DNA of 32,000 nucleotides from Candidatus Saccharimonadota bacterium (GTDB lineage Archaea > Micrarchaeota > Micrarchaeia > Micrarchaeales > Micrarchaeaceae), in NCBI GenBank assembly GCA_963705375.1, contig OY970071.1, positions 60,001 through 92,000 of the forward strand, read 5' to 3'. Under the pieces are notes generated by a model that searched no databases, had not been told where the DNA came from, and saw only the letters and a program-made list of their open reading frames with translations. The position numbers and the translations under genes were made by a program. Every line of letters begins with the position of its first letter. Within the stretch, counting starts at the first letter, position 1. Positions 8,023 through 16,454 of this stretch are shown here, in pieces.

Positions 8023-9072
8023 TTGTCAGCGACCATCACTGCTGCAAGAAATGACATTTATGGTGAGAAGTTGATATCAAAATCAAAGTCGTTCGTGTCT
8101 GATGCGATGGGCGTGAGTGTGCTAGTCAGAATGCCTAGCGATATAGGCGACTATTTTGCAGAGGCTCATAAGAGATACTTGCCTCCATTCCAAGAAGTGA
8201 CTGAGGACAATATGGTATCAAAACCAATGCTTGAAGTCGTCGTATCCCAAGGTCTGCCGTCAATCCACCATACCAGAAACTATACCAAAGTATATCTCTC
8301 AGAAGAATGCAATGCTGTCCGTGCCGCAGCAGATGCCACCATTGTCACGTCCAGATTTTTAGAGAGGGCGTTGAATCAACAGAGCATATATTCTGTGCAT
8401 GGTTGTGGTGTTTCTTATGAAGGAAAAAGCATACTATTCATAGGCGAGACAGGTGCCGGCAAAACGACAACTGGGCTTTATGCCTGCCTGTCCGATCCGG
8501 AACTAGGTTTTATCGGAGGCAATAGACTCTTTCTGAATGGAGATAACAAAATAATAGGCGGCGTAAGATCGATAAGCGTCAGAACGGGATCGCTCACAAC
8601 AGAATTTAGCATGTTTCCCCATGTGAAGGAGGTTGCAGCTTTCAAGGGCATAAACTGCGAACTTTCGAGCAAAAAAGTACTTATGGATCCTACTGACTTC
8701 CATATCACCACAGAGCCGGTGTATCCTTCTGAAATTTCTGCAATATTGATAGTGAAGAAAATACCCACACCGCTTTTGGTGACCAGAATAGATACAACAC
8801 AAGTGGAAGATTATTCAATTAAGGAATACCGGAGCAATTATGATGAATTTTTCAAAGTGCTTTACGAGTCCGCTGCGGAATTTAGTGAACATTTCCCTCT
8901 TGTTTTACCGGGGGCGCAGCTTCCGCATCCTGAGATTTTTTCTTATGGCATGAAGCTAAGAAGAGCAGAGTTCGTACGCACTCTTGCGGCAAAATCTTCG
9001 GTTTCACATGTAGAAGGAAACCTGAAAGATATCGGGGAATTTGCAATCAGGCTGCTTAGAGCTGGAAATTGA
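8023..9072 (+). CDS. HprK-related-kinase-like P-loop protein (HPr kinase C-terminal/PEPCK-like fold), function unknown
   Basis: 349-aa ORF. VHGCGVSYEGKSILFIGETGAGKTTTGLYACL...GFIGGNRLFL matches the H-G/A-x-x-V-x-x-x-G-x-x-x-L-x-G-x-S/T-G-x-GK-S/T-T...D/G-D/N pattern of HprK-related kinases as I recall it. TTG start lies 1 nt after the RAM gene stop (TAA 8019-8021). ATG 8107 is an alternative start. Confidence 0.6.
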   Translation: MSATITAARNDIYGEKLISKSKSFVSDAMGVSVLVRMPSDIGDYFAEAHKRYLPPFQEVTEDNMVSKPMLEVVVSQGLPSIHHTRNYTKVYLSEECNAVRAAADATIVTSRFLERALNQQSIYSVHGCGVSYEGKSILFIGETGAGKTTTGLYACLSDPELGFIGGNRLFLNGDNKIIGGVRSISVRTGSLTTEFSMFPHVKEVAAFKGINCELSSKKVLMDPTDFHITTEPVYPSEISAILIVKKIPTPLLVTRIDTTQVEDYSIKEYRSNYDEFFKVLYESAAEFSEHFPLVLPGAQLPHPEIFSYGMKLRRAEFVRTLAAKSSVSHVEGNLKDIGEFAIRLLRAGN

Positions 9073-9080
9073 TACACTAC

Positions 9081-9095
9081 GGTTCCTAGGGAACC
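9081..9095 (+). terminator. Hairpin GGTTCC-TAG-GGAACC followed by TTCTT
   Basis: 6-bp perfect stem 9 nt after the HprK-like stop. A TTCTTAAATG box then sits ~25 nt before the Nudix ATG. It could act as a terminator and/or operator. Confidence 0.3.
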
Positions 9096-9125
9096 TTCTT
9101 AAATGTGGCCTTGTAGGTTATTGTT

Positions 9126-9644
9126 ATGAAAACGCGAAACAGCACCAAAATCGTGTTTAGCGCTCCTAAATTTTTCGTAGAAGAAAGTGTTCTTACAACT
9201 GGTAAAAAACAAAGGAAACGCTATCTCATCGTGCTTAACGACACGGTTACGATCATTCCATTCACGCAGAAAAACGAGCTGATATTGGTGAAGGAATACC
9301 GCGATTCCGTGGCCAAGAATGTCTTGATGCTGCCTGGTGGGGGCATAGAAAAAGGTGAAAAGCCGAAGGGGGCAGCGTATAGGGAACTGTTAGAAGAAAC
9401 GGGCTACAAGGCAGGCAAACTGACGCTCTTTTCAAGGCTGCACCCGATATCCAAATCCATCCGCCGAACCCAGTACTATTATGTTGCAACCAACTTGACA
9501 AAATCAGAACAGGCACTCGAAGGCGATGAGAAGATCGAGGTCTTAAAGATCTCGAGAGGGAAGGCACTCGAACTCGTCAAGGCGTATGGCTTGGGTGTGT
9601 CTGAGCACAACATGGAACTTTTCCGGTTTTTGACGCATAGCTGA
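9126..9644 (+). CDS. Nudix hydrolase (ADP-ribose pyrophosphatase-like)
   Basis: Nudix box GGGIEKGEKPKGAAYRELLEETGY (Gx5Ex7REUxEExGU). Confidence 0.9.
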   Translation: MKTRNSTKIVFSAPKFFVEESVLTTGKKQRKRYLIVLNDTVTIIPFTQKNELILVKEYRDSVAKNVLMLPGGGIEKGEKPKGAAYRELLEETGYKAGKLTLFSRLHPISKSIRRTQYYYVATNLTKSEQALEGDEKIEVLKISRGKALELVKAYGLGVSEHNMELFRFLTHS

Positions 9645-9701
9645 CCAGACACTAGTGGTATATTTAAATGTTAGAAGGCCAAAATCTATTGAAGTGATAT
9701 T

Positions 9702-9914
9702 ATGGTAAAGAGAGCTTTTGAGGTTGTGATAGAAAAAGATGCTGAAGGATTTTATGTCGCAGACGTGCCTGAATTGAGAGGATGCCACACCCAGGCAAAA
9801 GATCTTGATACCCTCCAGAAAAGGATAAAGGAAGTGATAGAGCTTTGCCTTGCTGATGAGAAAGAAACGGTAGTTCCAAGTGAATTTGTAGGCGTGCAGT
9901 TAGTGAGCGTTTAG
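9702..9914 (+). CDS. hicB: HicB-family antitoxin (short UPF0150 form)
   Basis: 70 aa. FEVVIEKDAEGFYVADVPELRGCHTQAKDLDTLQKRIKEVIELCL is typical of the HicB N-terminal domain. Its stop is 1 nt before the hicA ATG. TATATTTAAAT box ~35 nt upstream. Confidence 0.85.
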   Translation: MVKRAFEVVIEKDAEGFYVADVPELRGCHTQAKDLDTLQKRIKEVIELCLADEKETVVPSEFVGVQLVSV

Positions 9915-9915
9915 C

Positions 9916-10149
9916 ATGGCAAAATACAAACCCACAACCTCATTTGTGGTTATCAAGGTGCTGTTGTCCATCGGATTTACAATACTCAGAAGGAAAGGCA
10001 GCCACGTAAGATTGAGGCATCCTGATGGACGCATTACCAGTGTTCCTGCGCATGGCAAAGAGCCGATAGGGCCTGGCCTTTTGCTTCGCATCCTAAAGGA
10101 TGCAGATATCTCCAAAGATGAATTCTTTGCACTTGCAGAGAAAATTTGA
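9916..10149 (+). CDS. hicA: HicA-family mRNA-interferase toxin
   Basis: 77 aa. GFTILRRKGSHVRLRHPDGRITSVPAHGKEPIGPGLLLRILKDADISKDEF, the YcfA/HicA signature (KGSH...H...P.H....G.L..IL..). Confidence 0.9.
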   Translation: MAKYKPTTSFVVIKVLLSIGFTILRRKGSHVRLRHPDGRITSVPAHGKEPIGPGLLLRILKDADISKDEFFALAEKI

Positions 10150-10232
10150 TTACTCTTTATAATACGCGACGTTCAGGGACGCTCACTACCGTCGTAAATG
10201 TTCTCTCCCAATTGCATTTTGACGTCGAAGAA

Positions 10233-10243
10233 CCGGCCCCCCA
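10233..10243 (+). repeat. Exact 11-nt copy (CCGGCCCCCCA) of the 3' end of the tRNA-Pro-like gene; candidate attR remnant
   Basis: Identical to 5326-5336 on the same strand. Similarity extends with gaps (CTGC-N-TTT-GT after both copies). A second degenerate match to the T-loop/acceptor segment (AAATCTCCaGCC) lies at 10267-10278. Confidence 0.4.
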
Positions 10244-10316
10244 CTGCATTTGTAGTCTGGACGACTAAATCTCCAGCCACTGCCTATGTATTCTGTTTTA
10301 TAATGGTTATTGTTCG

Positions 10317-10739
10317 ATGTTTTATCGTGGTCTTATGGAAATCGAAACAGGCACCATAAAGCAGAAAGTTGTCATAAATGCAACCCCTGAGGAGATATAC
10401 AATGCATTCATGGATGCTAAGATCCATTCGAAGTTTACGGGCAGCAAGGCTACAATTGTACTCAAAGTTGGAGGCAAGATAACTGCCTGGGACAACTACA
10501 TATTTGGGAAGAACCTCAAACTGGTTAAGGGCAAGAAGATAGTGCAGGAATGGAGCACGACAGAGTGGCCTGATGGTTATCCACCGTCAGTACTTACGAT
10601 AACGCTCAAAAAGGCTAGAAATGGGACAGAACTAACGATGGTTCACTCTAAGGTGCCCAAAGCACAGATGAAAGGCTATGCCGACGGGTGGAAGGGTTAT
10701 TATTGGAAACCGCTAAAGGAATATTTTGAAAACAAATGA
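10317..10739 (+). CDS. SRPBCC-superfamily protein, AHSA1 (activator of Hsp90 ATPase homolog 1-like) domain
   Basis: 140 aa. IKQKVVINATPEEIYNAFMD...HSKFTG...GGKITAWD...I.GKNLKLVKGKKIVQEW...LTITL...GTELTMVHSKVP is the characteristic AHSA1/SRPBCC layout. Confidence 0.85.
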   Translation: MFYRGLMEIETGTIKQKVVINATPEEIYNAFMDAKIHSKFTGSKATIVLKVGGKITAWDNYIFGKNLKLVKGKKIVQEWSTTEWPDGYPPSVLTITLKKARNGTELTMVHSKVPKAQMKGYADGWKGYYWKPLKEYFENK

Positions 10740-10841
10740 AGCTGAGCTCTTCGTTTTAATGCCTTACGGGCCTGTGAAATCCCTTGCGTTTACGCATGAG
10801 GATGAAACAGGCACAGAATATTATCCCTATTTCTCGATTTG

Positions 10842-10870
10842 TCTCCAACGCGGCCGTTAGGCCGCGGAGA
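10842..10870 (+). repeat. Left-end subterminal hairpin of the IS200-type element
   Basis: TCTCCaaCGCGGCC-GTTA-GGCCGCGGAGA: a 7-bp GC stem extended by TCTCC/GGAGA across an AA bulge. It ends 10 nt before tnpA ATG 10880. Confidence 0.6.
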
Positions 10871-10879
10871 CCTGAGAAC

Positions 10880-11326
10880 ATGGATAGTGTAAACTATGAA
10901 AATAAGAACCTTGTGCACAACGCGCACTCCGTGGGTGCGAACGAATATCATCTGCAATGGGTAACAAAATACAGATATGCGACCCTTGAAAAAGAGTCGC
11001 ACTGGAAGGATTGCGATGCGGCAATCCGTTCTGCGGCAGAAAAATATAAAATCAAAATCGTAGAATTGGGCGTAATGGAAGACCCTGTTCACGTAGTTGC
11101 GGAAATTCCTCCCGAGATGTCTGTTTCTCGTGCGATAGGACTTCTGAAAGGTTCAAGTTCCTATGAACTCTTCAGAAAACACCCGAATTTTAGGAAGACA
11201 TATTGGAACGGCCATTTCTGGGGCAGGGGTTATTTTTACAGAACAGTAAGTGAGGTGACCGAAGAAACCATCAGAAATTACGTGCGCAGAGACAACAATA
11301 TGCGTCAGAAGCGACTATGTGCTTGA
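10880..11326 (+). CDS. tnpA: IS200/IS605-family Y1 (HUH) transposase TnpA
   Basis: YHLQWVTKYRY (HUH region: H-L-Q), VMEDPVHVVAEIPPEMSVSRAIGLLKGSSS, and FWGRGYFYRTVS carrying the catalytic-Tyr region. The track ORF starts at 10784, but ATG 10880 follows the left hairpin. Confidence 0.9.
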   Translation: MDSVNYENKNLVHNAHSVGANEYHLQWVTKYRYATLEKESHWKDCDAAIRSAAEKYKIKIVELGVMEDPVHVVAEIPPEMSVSRAIGLLKGSSSYELFRKHPNFRKTYWNGHFWGRGYFYRTVSEVTEETIRNYVRRDNNMRQKRLCA

Positions 11327-11333
11327 AGTAAAT

Positions 11334-11353
11334 CCCACACCTTTAGGTGTGGG
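11334..11353 (+). repeat. Right-end subterminal hairpin of the IS200-type element
   Basis: CCCACACC-TTTA-GGTGTGGG, a perfect 8-bp stem 8 nt after the tnpA stop. Confidence 0.6.
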
Positions 11354-11426
11354 TAGTTTAAACATAAATTCACAGTATCCCGTAATAACGAAAGACTCCT
11401 GTCGCTTGAAAACGGCTCCGAAAGCC

Positions 11427-11876
11427 TCAACTCACAGCTTTCTTCACAAGCGCGACGATTTTCGTCTCTTCTGTTGCAGTCAACTTCTTCAGCGCAAAGG
11501 TGACCGGCCACATGGTGCCTTCGTCGAGGTTCGCTTTGTCGCTGAAGCCCAACGTCGCATACCTTGTCTTGAATTTACCTGCGCCTTGGAAGAAGCAGAT
11601 GACCTTGCCGTCCTTGGCATACGCTGGCATCCCGTACCAGAGCCTGGGGGTAAGGGTCGGCGCGGTAGCTTTGATGATAGTGTGGAGCCGCTTGCTCATT
11701 GTGCGATCCGGTTCTGGCATCTGGGCTATTTTCACGAGCACGGCGCTTTCTGCGTCCGCCTCATCCGCATTGAGCTCTTGAATGCGCTCCTTCATCGCAG
11801 ATATTTCCTCGCTCGTCAACCCCTTGGACTTCTTGGTTGTCTTTTCCCTATTCGAGTCGTTTGTCATGCAGGTCAT
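11427..11876 (-). CDS. YdhG-like/DUF1801-family protein
   Basis: [53 protein letters not shown] matches the DUF1801 core as I recall it. The track ORF extends to 12050 inside the upstream gene. ATG 11876 overlaps the stop of the 847-aa gene (ATGA); ATG 11867 is an alternative. Confidence 0.75.
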   Translation of the reverse strand: MTCMTNDSNREKTTKKSKGLTSEEISAMKERIQELNADEADAESAVLVKIAQMPEPDRTMSKRLHTIIKATAPTLTPRLWYGMPAYAKDGKVICFFQGAGKFKTRYATLGFSDKANLDEGTMWPVTFALKKLTATEETKIVALVKKAVS

Positions 11877-14416
11877 CTGATTTTGGTGAGTGTGAAAGTG
11901 CCGGTGTATGACGTAGGTGGCGTAGAGCTCTGGAACGGCAAGGTTGGGAACGTGCGGCTCAGCTGAACGGTCTCGCCATTCGGATTTAGCCATACTACGG
12001 GTCTTCCACTCGTGTCGTTTACTACGAGCCGACCGTTGGTGTTGCCCCATGTGGTGCTGAAGATATCTTCAATAACTTCAGACGTGAGGGTGTGCGCCTC
12101 TGTGCCGCCGCAATCCTGAGTCGAATATGTAGAGAAATAATAATTAGGCCATGACACGCTCGACTCTGAGCCTAAAATGAAATACACTCCTTGGCTGCCC
12201 GTGGTCAGACCGTCCTGATCGCTAAAAGTACCGCTGTAAGACGAATGCGGGTTTACGTATGATGGATGCGTTCCGTTAACCCAATCGCAGGTGTATTGGT
12301 ATGTGGCATTGGCAGACCCTGTTTCAGAATCACCTCCGCTTTCAGCAGTGTAAGTACCAACCATAAAATTGGTGAATGACAGTAGTATTTTAATCGAGGT
12401 GCGTTGATGCAAGCCGGCCTGTGTAGCGCTTATGTTCAATATGCCGCTATAAATTCCGGTCTGAAGGCCTGTATTATTTTGTAATATTGAAGTGGTGCTG
12501 TTAGTGATGTTGTAGCTTATCGTAGTGCTGCTTGTTGTCTGATTTTGCACCATGCCCGCAGCTATCACAAGCGAGTTGTTGAGATTGAGTGTGGGGACTC
12601 CTCCAGGTCCTGCTGTGGCGCCTTGCCTTAGCGCCTGGATTACCTGTGCATTTGACAGTGTTGGATATTTTCCCCATAAAATGGCTGCATCCGCAGAACA
12701 TACCGGTGCGGCTAAGGAAGTATATGTATCATAAATGGTTCCAGGTATCCTGCCTGCCGGAGTAGTGAACATGACTCCAAGCGGAGTTTTTGATACTCCC
12801 GCACTGCTTCCCCAGTCTGTTACATTAGATAGTGATAGCCCATCAGAAGAGAGCATTCCGCAGAACTGGAATGCATTCTGTACTGCTTTTCCGAGTGAGG
12901 TATCTGTCTGAATGGCAGAAAAGGCACTTGATAAATTGGCTGCGCTGTTGCCTGCGGCCTTGTTTATCATGACGTTTCCGCCTATGAACCAATCGTTGTC
13001 TTGGAGTGCGCCTGCAAGTCCTGCCACCTCATCAAGCCAGGCATCTGCCTTTTCGGAATTTGAGCAGTCATTGAATCCGTTGGGGCCAACACATACCCCA
13101 TACGTAGAGAAACTTATTACGACCTTTTTGTTCGCCTCTTGTGCTGCATCGATTATTGAGAGAATGGTGACCTTGGAGGAGAATTGATCGGCAACACGGC
13201 TGGATGAACTATCTTGAACTTCTATGTACTGCAATTGAGAGTTGGTAGCCGCATCCATTGCACCTGCCACATCATAGCCGTGGCTGCCTGCATTTTGGAA
13301 GCTATCAACAATTACGGTTATGACGTCAGAAGGCGATGCTGCAATTGCGTTTTGCAACTGGGTGAGATTTGAATCAGAGTGAAATGGGTCGTAGACCGTA
13401 GCGATCGCACTTGCCCGTGCATCAACAAAATCAGGCTCGACTGAGAGTGCCACGCCTGTGGCTTTTACATTATTAATAAAAGTCGATTCATTCTGTGTTC
13501 CCGAGCTGGCAAGGTACAATCCTGCTGACGGAAGATATGCAATCAGAGTGCCGTCATACTTCAGTACTGTGCTGTTAACAGTATCCGTTGACGTGAAAGG
13601 CGAAACCGATATCACCACCCAGCCCGGAACCGCATACAAAGGAATTTTCGAACCATTGGATTGTGTATAGTTGAATATGACAGGCTGCGGCACGGTGCCA
13701 TTGTAGAAAACGGCACCATCGAAAAGTGACTTTGTAGTTGTGATGTTAGGTGATTCGGTATAGCCGAGTGTGATCGGACTGGTTATTGTCAATGAATCTA
13801 CTGGGTTGCCTGGATAATAGAATGTTAGGGAATATGCTCCTGGTACTAGTTGCACATTTATGGTGGCACTTTTGTTATATACTATGTACTCGTTGTTGGA
13901 AAAGATCTTTGATACATTCACATGCATGAAGTTTGTGAATTGAGTACGCGTAAGTAGTGCCAATACGATCGGATATTGTGAACTATATGTGCCAGTTATA
14001 TGTATTTCCGTTGCATTAGCTGGTACCGTGAAATTGCTCCAATACACGCTCACACAGGGCGACGGTTTGCATTGCGAAGTCGTTTGGCCAAATTGAAACG
14101 AGACAGGTCCTTGTGCAAAAAGTGTTTGGGACACGTTGCGAGGCGATAGAACAACTTCTGAATTGTTGTTCACATACACGGCCTCGTCCACAATGTATAA
14201 AATTATTAATAAAAGGACGAACCCCAATGCTATATTTCTTGCCCTGAATATGGACTGCGTAGTCTTTGTTGCCTTTTGTTTTTCTACATCTCTATTACTT
14301 GCTGTTTCATTTCCATTGTTCAAGTTTGCTTTCATCTCCAAATACTGCTTCTTTGTAATCTCGCCGTTGGCATAACGACGCTTGATTATCTTTATGCCTT
14401 CTTCCTCCCCCATCAT
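11873..14416 (-). CDS. Membrane-anchored surface protein: N-terminal SHOCT-like motif, one TM helix, sequon-rich region, subtilase (S8)-like domain
   Basis: 847 aa. [23 protein letters not shown] (SHOCT-like). TM helix [15 protein letters not shown]. Subtilase motifs [10 protein letters not shown] (His), KAAGNSA (oxyanion Asn), and [37 protein letters not shown] (Ser motif plus the following helix). Catalytic Asp not confidently placed. Many NxS/T sequons. Confidence 0.75.
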   Translation of the reverse strand: MMGEEEGIKIIKRRYANGEITKKQYLEMKANLNNGNETASNRDVEKQKATKTTQSIFRARNIALGFVLLLIILYIVDEAVYVNNNSEVVLSPRNVSQTLFAQGPVSFQFGQTTSQCKPSPCVSVYWSNFTVPANATEIHITGTYSSQYPIVLALLTRTQFTNFMHVNVSKIFSNNEYIVYNKSATINVQLVPGAYSLTFYYPGNPVDSLTITSPITLGYTESPNITTTKSLFDGAVFYNGTVPQPVIFNYTQSNGSKIPLYAVPGWVVISVSPFTSTDTVNSTVLKYDGTLIAYLPSAGLYLASSGTQNESTFINNVKATGVALSVEPDFVDARASAIATVYDPFHSDSNLTQLQNAIAASPSDVITVIVDSFQNAGSHGYDVAGAMDAATNSQLQYIEVQDSSSSRVADQFSSKVTILSIIDAAQEANKKVVISFSTYGVCVGPNGFNDCSNSEKADAWLDEVAGLAGALQDNDWFIGGNVMINKAAGNSAANLSSAFSAIQTDTSLGKAVQNAFQFCGMLSSDGLSLSNVTDWGSSAGVSKTPLGVMFTTPAGRIPGTIYDTYTSLAAPVCSADAAILWGKYPTLSNAQVIQALRQGATAGPGGVPTLNLNNSLVIAAGMVQNQTTSSTTISYNITNSTTSILQNNTGLQTGIYSGILNISATQAGLHQRTSIKILLSFTNFMVGTYTAESGGDSETGSANATYQYTCDWVNGTHPSYVNPHSSYSGTFSDQDGLTTGSQGVYFILGSESSVSWPNYYFSTYSTQDCGGTEAHTLTSEVIEDIFSTTWGNTNGRLVVNDTSGRPVVWLNPNGETVQLSRTFPTLPFQSSTPPTSYTGTFTLTKIR

Positions 14417-14665
14417 CCCACGGATATGAGTATAGTGTGGTGAATTAATAAATCTTCCACAGCTTCATAAACTCCCTACTTGGTTGCGCTTTTGATCTTG
14501 TTCAAACAGTGCAATTCGGCACGTGCAATAGCTCTAAACTCAAACCCATCGAGCACTATTGTATGTCGACGTACATGCTCTTCCAAATTCCGATTTAGAG
14601 TGCGATTTACAGGCCCTGCCAGGTGTGATTAACTAAGGAAGATATTAGAATCTTTTCTTGCTTGT

Positions 14666-15028
14666 TTATCCGATAGGTGTTCTCTCTCCATTCCGGAGTT
14701 CGTCCTCTTCTTCATGCGTTCGCAGCACACCAAAGTATAAGCAGCCATCTTCTGCCGTATCTGCGTCTATATGATCCCTGCCGACGATCACTACCTCATC
14801 GACAATGCTAATCAGGCCAGTGCCTCTGGGTATGTGTCGTATAAAGGATTCTGGAGTTAAAAGAAGCAGACCATTTTCAAGCATTATGCACCCTTCTCGA
14901 AGCAGCGTTGTCGTACTGGTATTTTCGATGCGGTTTTGCTCTTCTATATGCTCGCCAGGTATCATTCCTCCTCTTTCACTCTGGTTTTGTTCCTCAGTCC
15001 TACGAGTAACCGTCATGTTGCCACGCAT
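14666..15028 (-). CDS. Hypothetical 120-aa protein
   Basis: Intact ORF with an A/T-rich promoter-like region upstream (15030-15090). No assignable motif. Confidence 0.4.
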   Translation of the reverse strand: MRGNMTVTRRTEEQNQSERGGMIPGEHIEEQNRIENTSTTTLLREGCIMLENGLLLLTPESFIRHIPRGTGLISIVDEVVIVGRDHIDADTAEDGCLYFGVLRTHEEEDELRNGERTPIG

Positions 15029-15591
15029 GTTTTTTTTGAGTTTTCAGATATATATGCTTATACTTTTATGAAAATATATTTGAGAAAGTTTGCTAAATTG
15101 CATACTTTGCTTTGCGCGAGTGGCTATGCTCTTTGTATGCTGCGCGTTATTTTAGTTGGTCGAAGCTGATCCGGTGCGCAACTCAGTTGCTTGGAGGAAG
15201 GGTGCTTGCTATGGCATATCATGCTATACTTTATTGTCAATAAACTGATCGCGATTACAAACTTTCCCCTCGCGAAGGCTTATAAAAAGGGTCATTTAGT
15301 GAGGCTGAGTGCATCACGTTGCCTTTACGTCCTTCTTGTTTTTAGAGGCGTAGTGGTAAGTTATGGCCATCATCCCCATCATTGCCGTAATTACGGCAGC
15401 TATTAGATAGGTGCTGCTTGATGTTGGAGGCGCTTTTGCATGTGCAGTCGCTGTGGTGTGCTCAATTCAAAAATCAATTTCTTCATAGCCCTTTATTTAC
15501 CTCTCCTTTTCCACGTGTGCCTTTCCAAAATTGGGATGCCCTTTTTTAATATCATATCCTAATCTATTCCTTAAATGAAAGATGTTCTAAC

Positions 15592-16350
15592 ATGAACGCA
15601 ATTATGGGACACCTGTCGAGACTGGCCTATAAAATTACCGGTTGGCAGATAATAGATTCGAAAGGCAACATATCTGTCATAAAGAAGGGAAATATGCTCG
15701 TACTCAAGGAAGGGTTCAAGACATACTCTGCTATAAGGGCTGACACGCTCTATACGCGGCTTTACTATGACTATTTCATACCTCTTGCGTATCTGTATGT
15801 CAAGCCTAAAATACTGGTAGTTGGAATAGGTGGCGGAACAACGCCCCTTCAACTGAACAGATTGTTTGAGAAAGAAGTCGAACTTTATGGGGTCGATACA
15901 AATGTCGAGATGGTAGACCTTGCGAAGAAACATTTCATGCATAATGTGGATATCCAGATTCACATAGAGGACGGCGCAAAGTACGTTTCAGGTGAGAAAA
16001 ACCGCTTTGATTTGATATTTCTGGATGCGTATGAAGATGCTAGGATTCCAAAGCAATTTCTATGCGAAGAGTTCATAAATGATGCAAGCAAAGCCCTTAG
16101 AGGCGACGGCATTCTTGCAATAAATGTGGTGCTTGGCTTGTTCGATCTTATCTCGTACGTAAAAAAACTAAACAAATACTTCAAGGTGTATCATCTAAAA
16201 CCAAACATAAACTCAGACAATGTTCTGCTCGTGTGCTCCAAACGTCTAAACGGACACGAAATATATGAGAAGATCGAAGAGAAGATGCCAAAGAACGATG
16301 AAAATGAGTTCCTTTTTGATAAATACGCTAGTATCGAGAAGTACCTCTAA
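15592..16350 (+). CDS. Spermidine-synthase-like class I SAM-dependent methyltransferase-fold protein
   Basis: ILVVGIGGGTTPLQL (motif I), VELYGVDTNVEMVDLAKKHF, IHIEDGAKYV, FDLIFLDAYED...P..F...EF......L...GILAINV. This is the layout of aminopropyltransferase-like proteins. Confidence 0.8.
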   Translation: MNAIMGHLSRLAYKITGWQIIDSKGNISVIKKGNMLVLKEGFKTYSAIRADTLYTRLYYDYFIPLAYLYVKPKILVVGIGGGTTPLQLNRLFEKEVELYGVDTNVEMVDLAKKHFMHNVDIQIHIEDGAKYVSGEKNRFDLIFLDAYEDARIPKQFLCEEFINDASKALRGDGILAINVVLGLFDLISYVKKLNKYFKVYHLKPNINSDNVLLVCSKRLNGHEIYEKIEEKMPKNDENEFLFDKYASIEKYL

Positions 16351-16454
16351 TCTAAATTACGGGTGCCTTGTTGGTGTGTGTTTGAAACAAGATTCCTGCG
16401 GTTTATACACAAATCTTAAATAGTTTTAGCGCTAAAATCATCTGGGTGGGAGAG

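Larger units (their letters stand above)
10800..11360 (+). mobile_element. IS200-type element (IS200/IS605 family, tnpA only); boundaries approximate
   Basis: A Y1 transposase gene flanked by subterminal hairpins at 10842-10870 and 11334-11353. No terminal inverted repeats, as expected for this family. No tnpB. Confidence 0.7.

Noticed and set aside
7257-8057. 266-aa minus-strand ORF spanning the intergenic region and the RAM gene
   Set aside because: It is antisense to the well-supported RAM-domain gene and reads through the divergent promoter region. Its composition is Cys/His/Arg-rich and not protein-like, with no motifs.
11319-11966. 215-aa plus-strand ORF
   Set aside because: It starts inside the IS200 right end and is antisense to the DUF1801-like gene and the 3' end of the 847-aa gene. 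There are no motifs.
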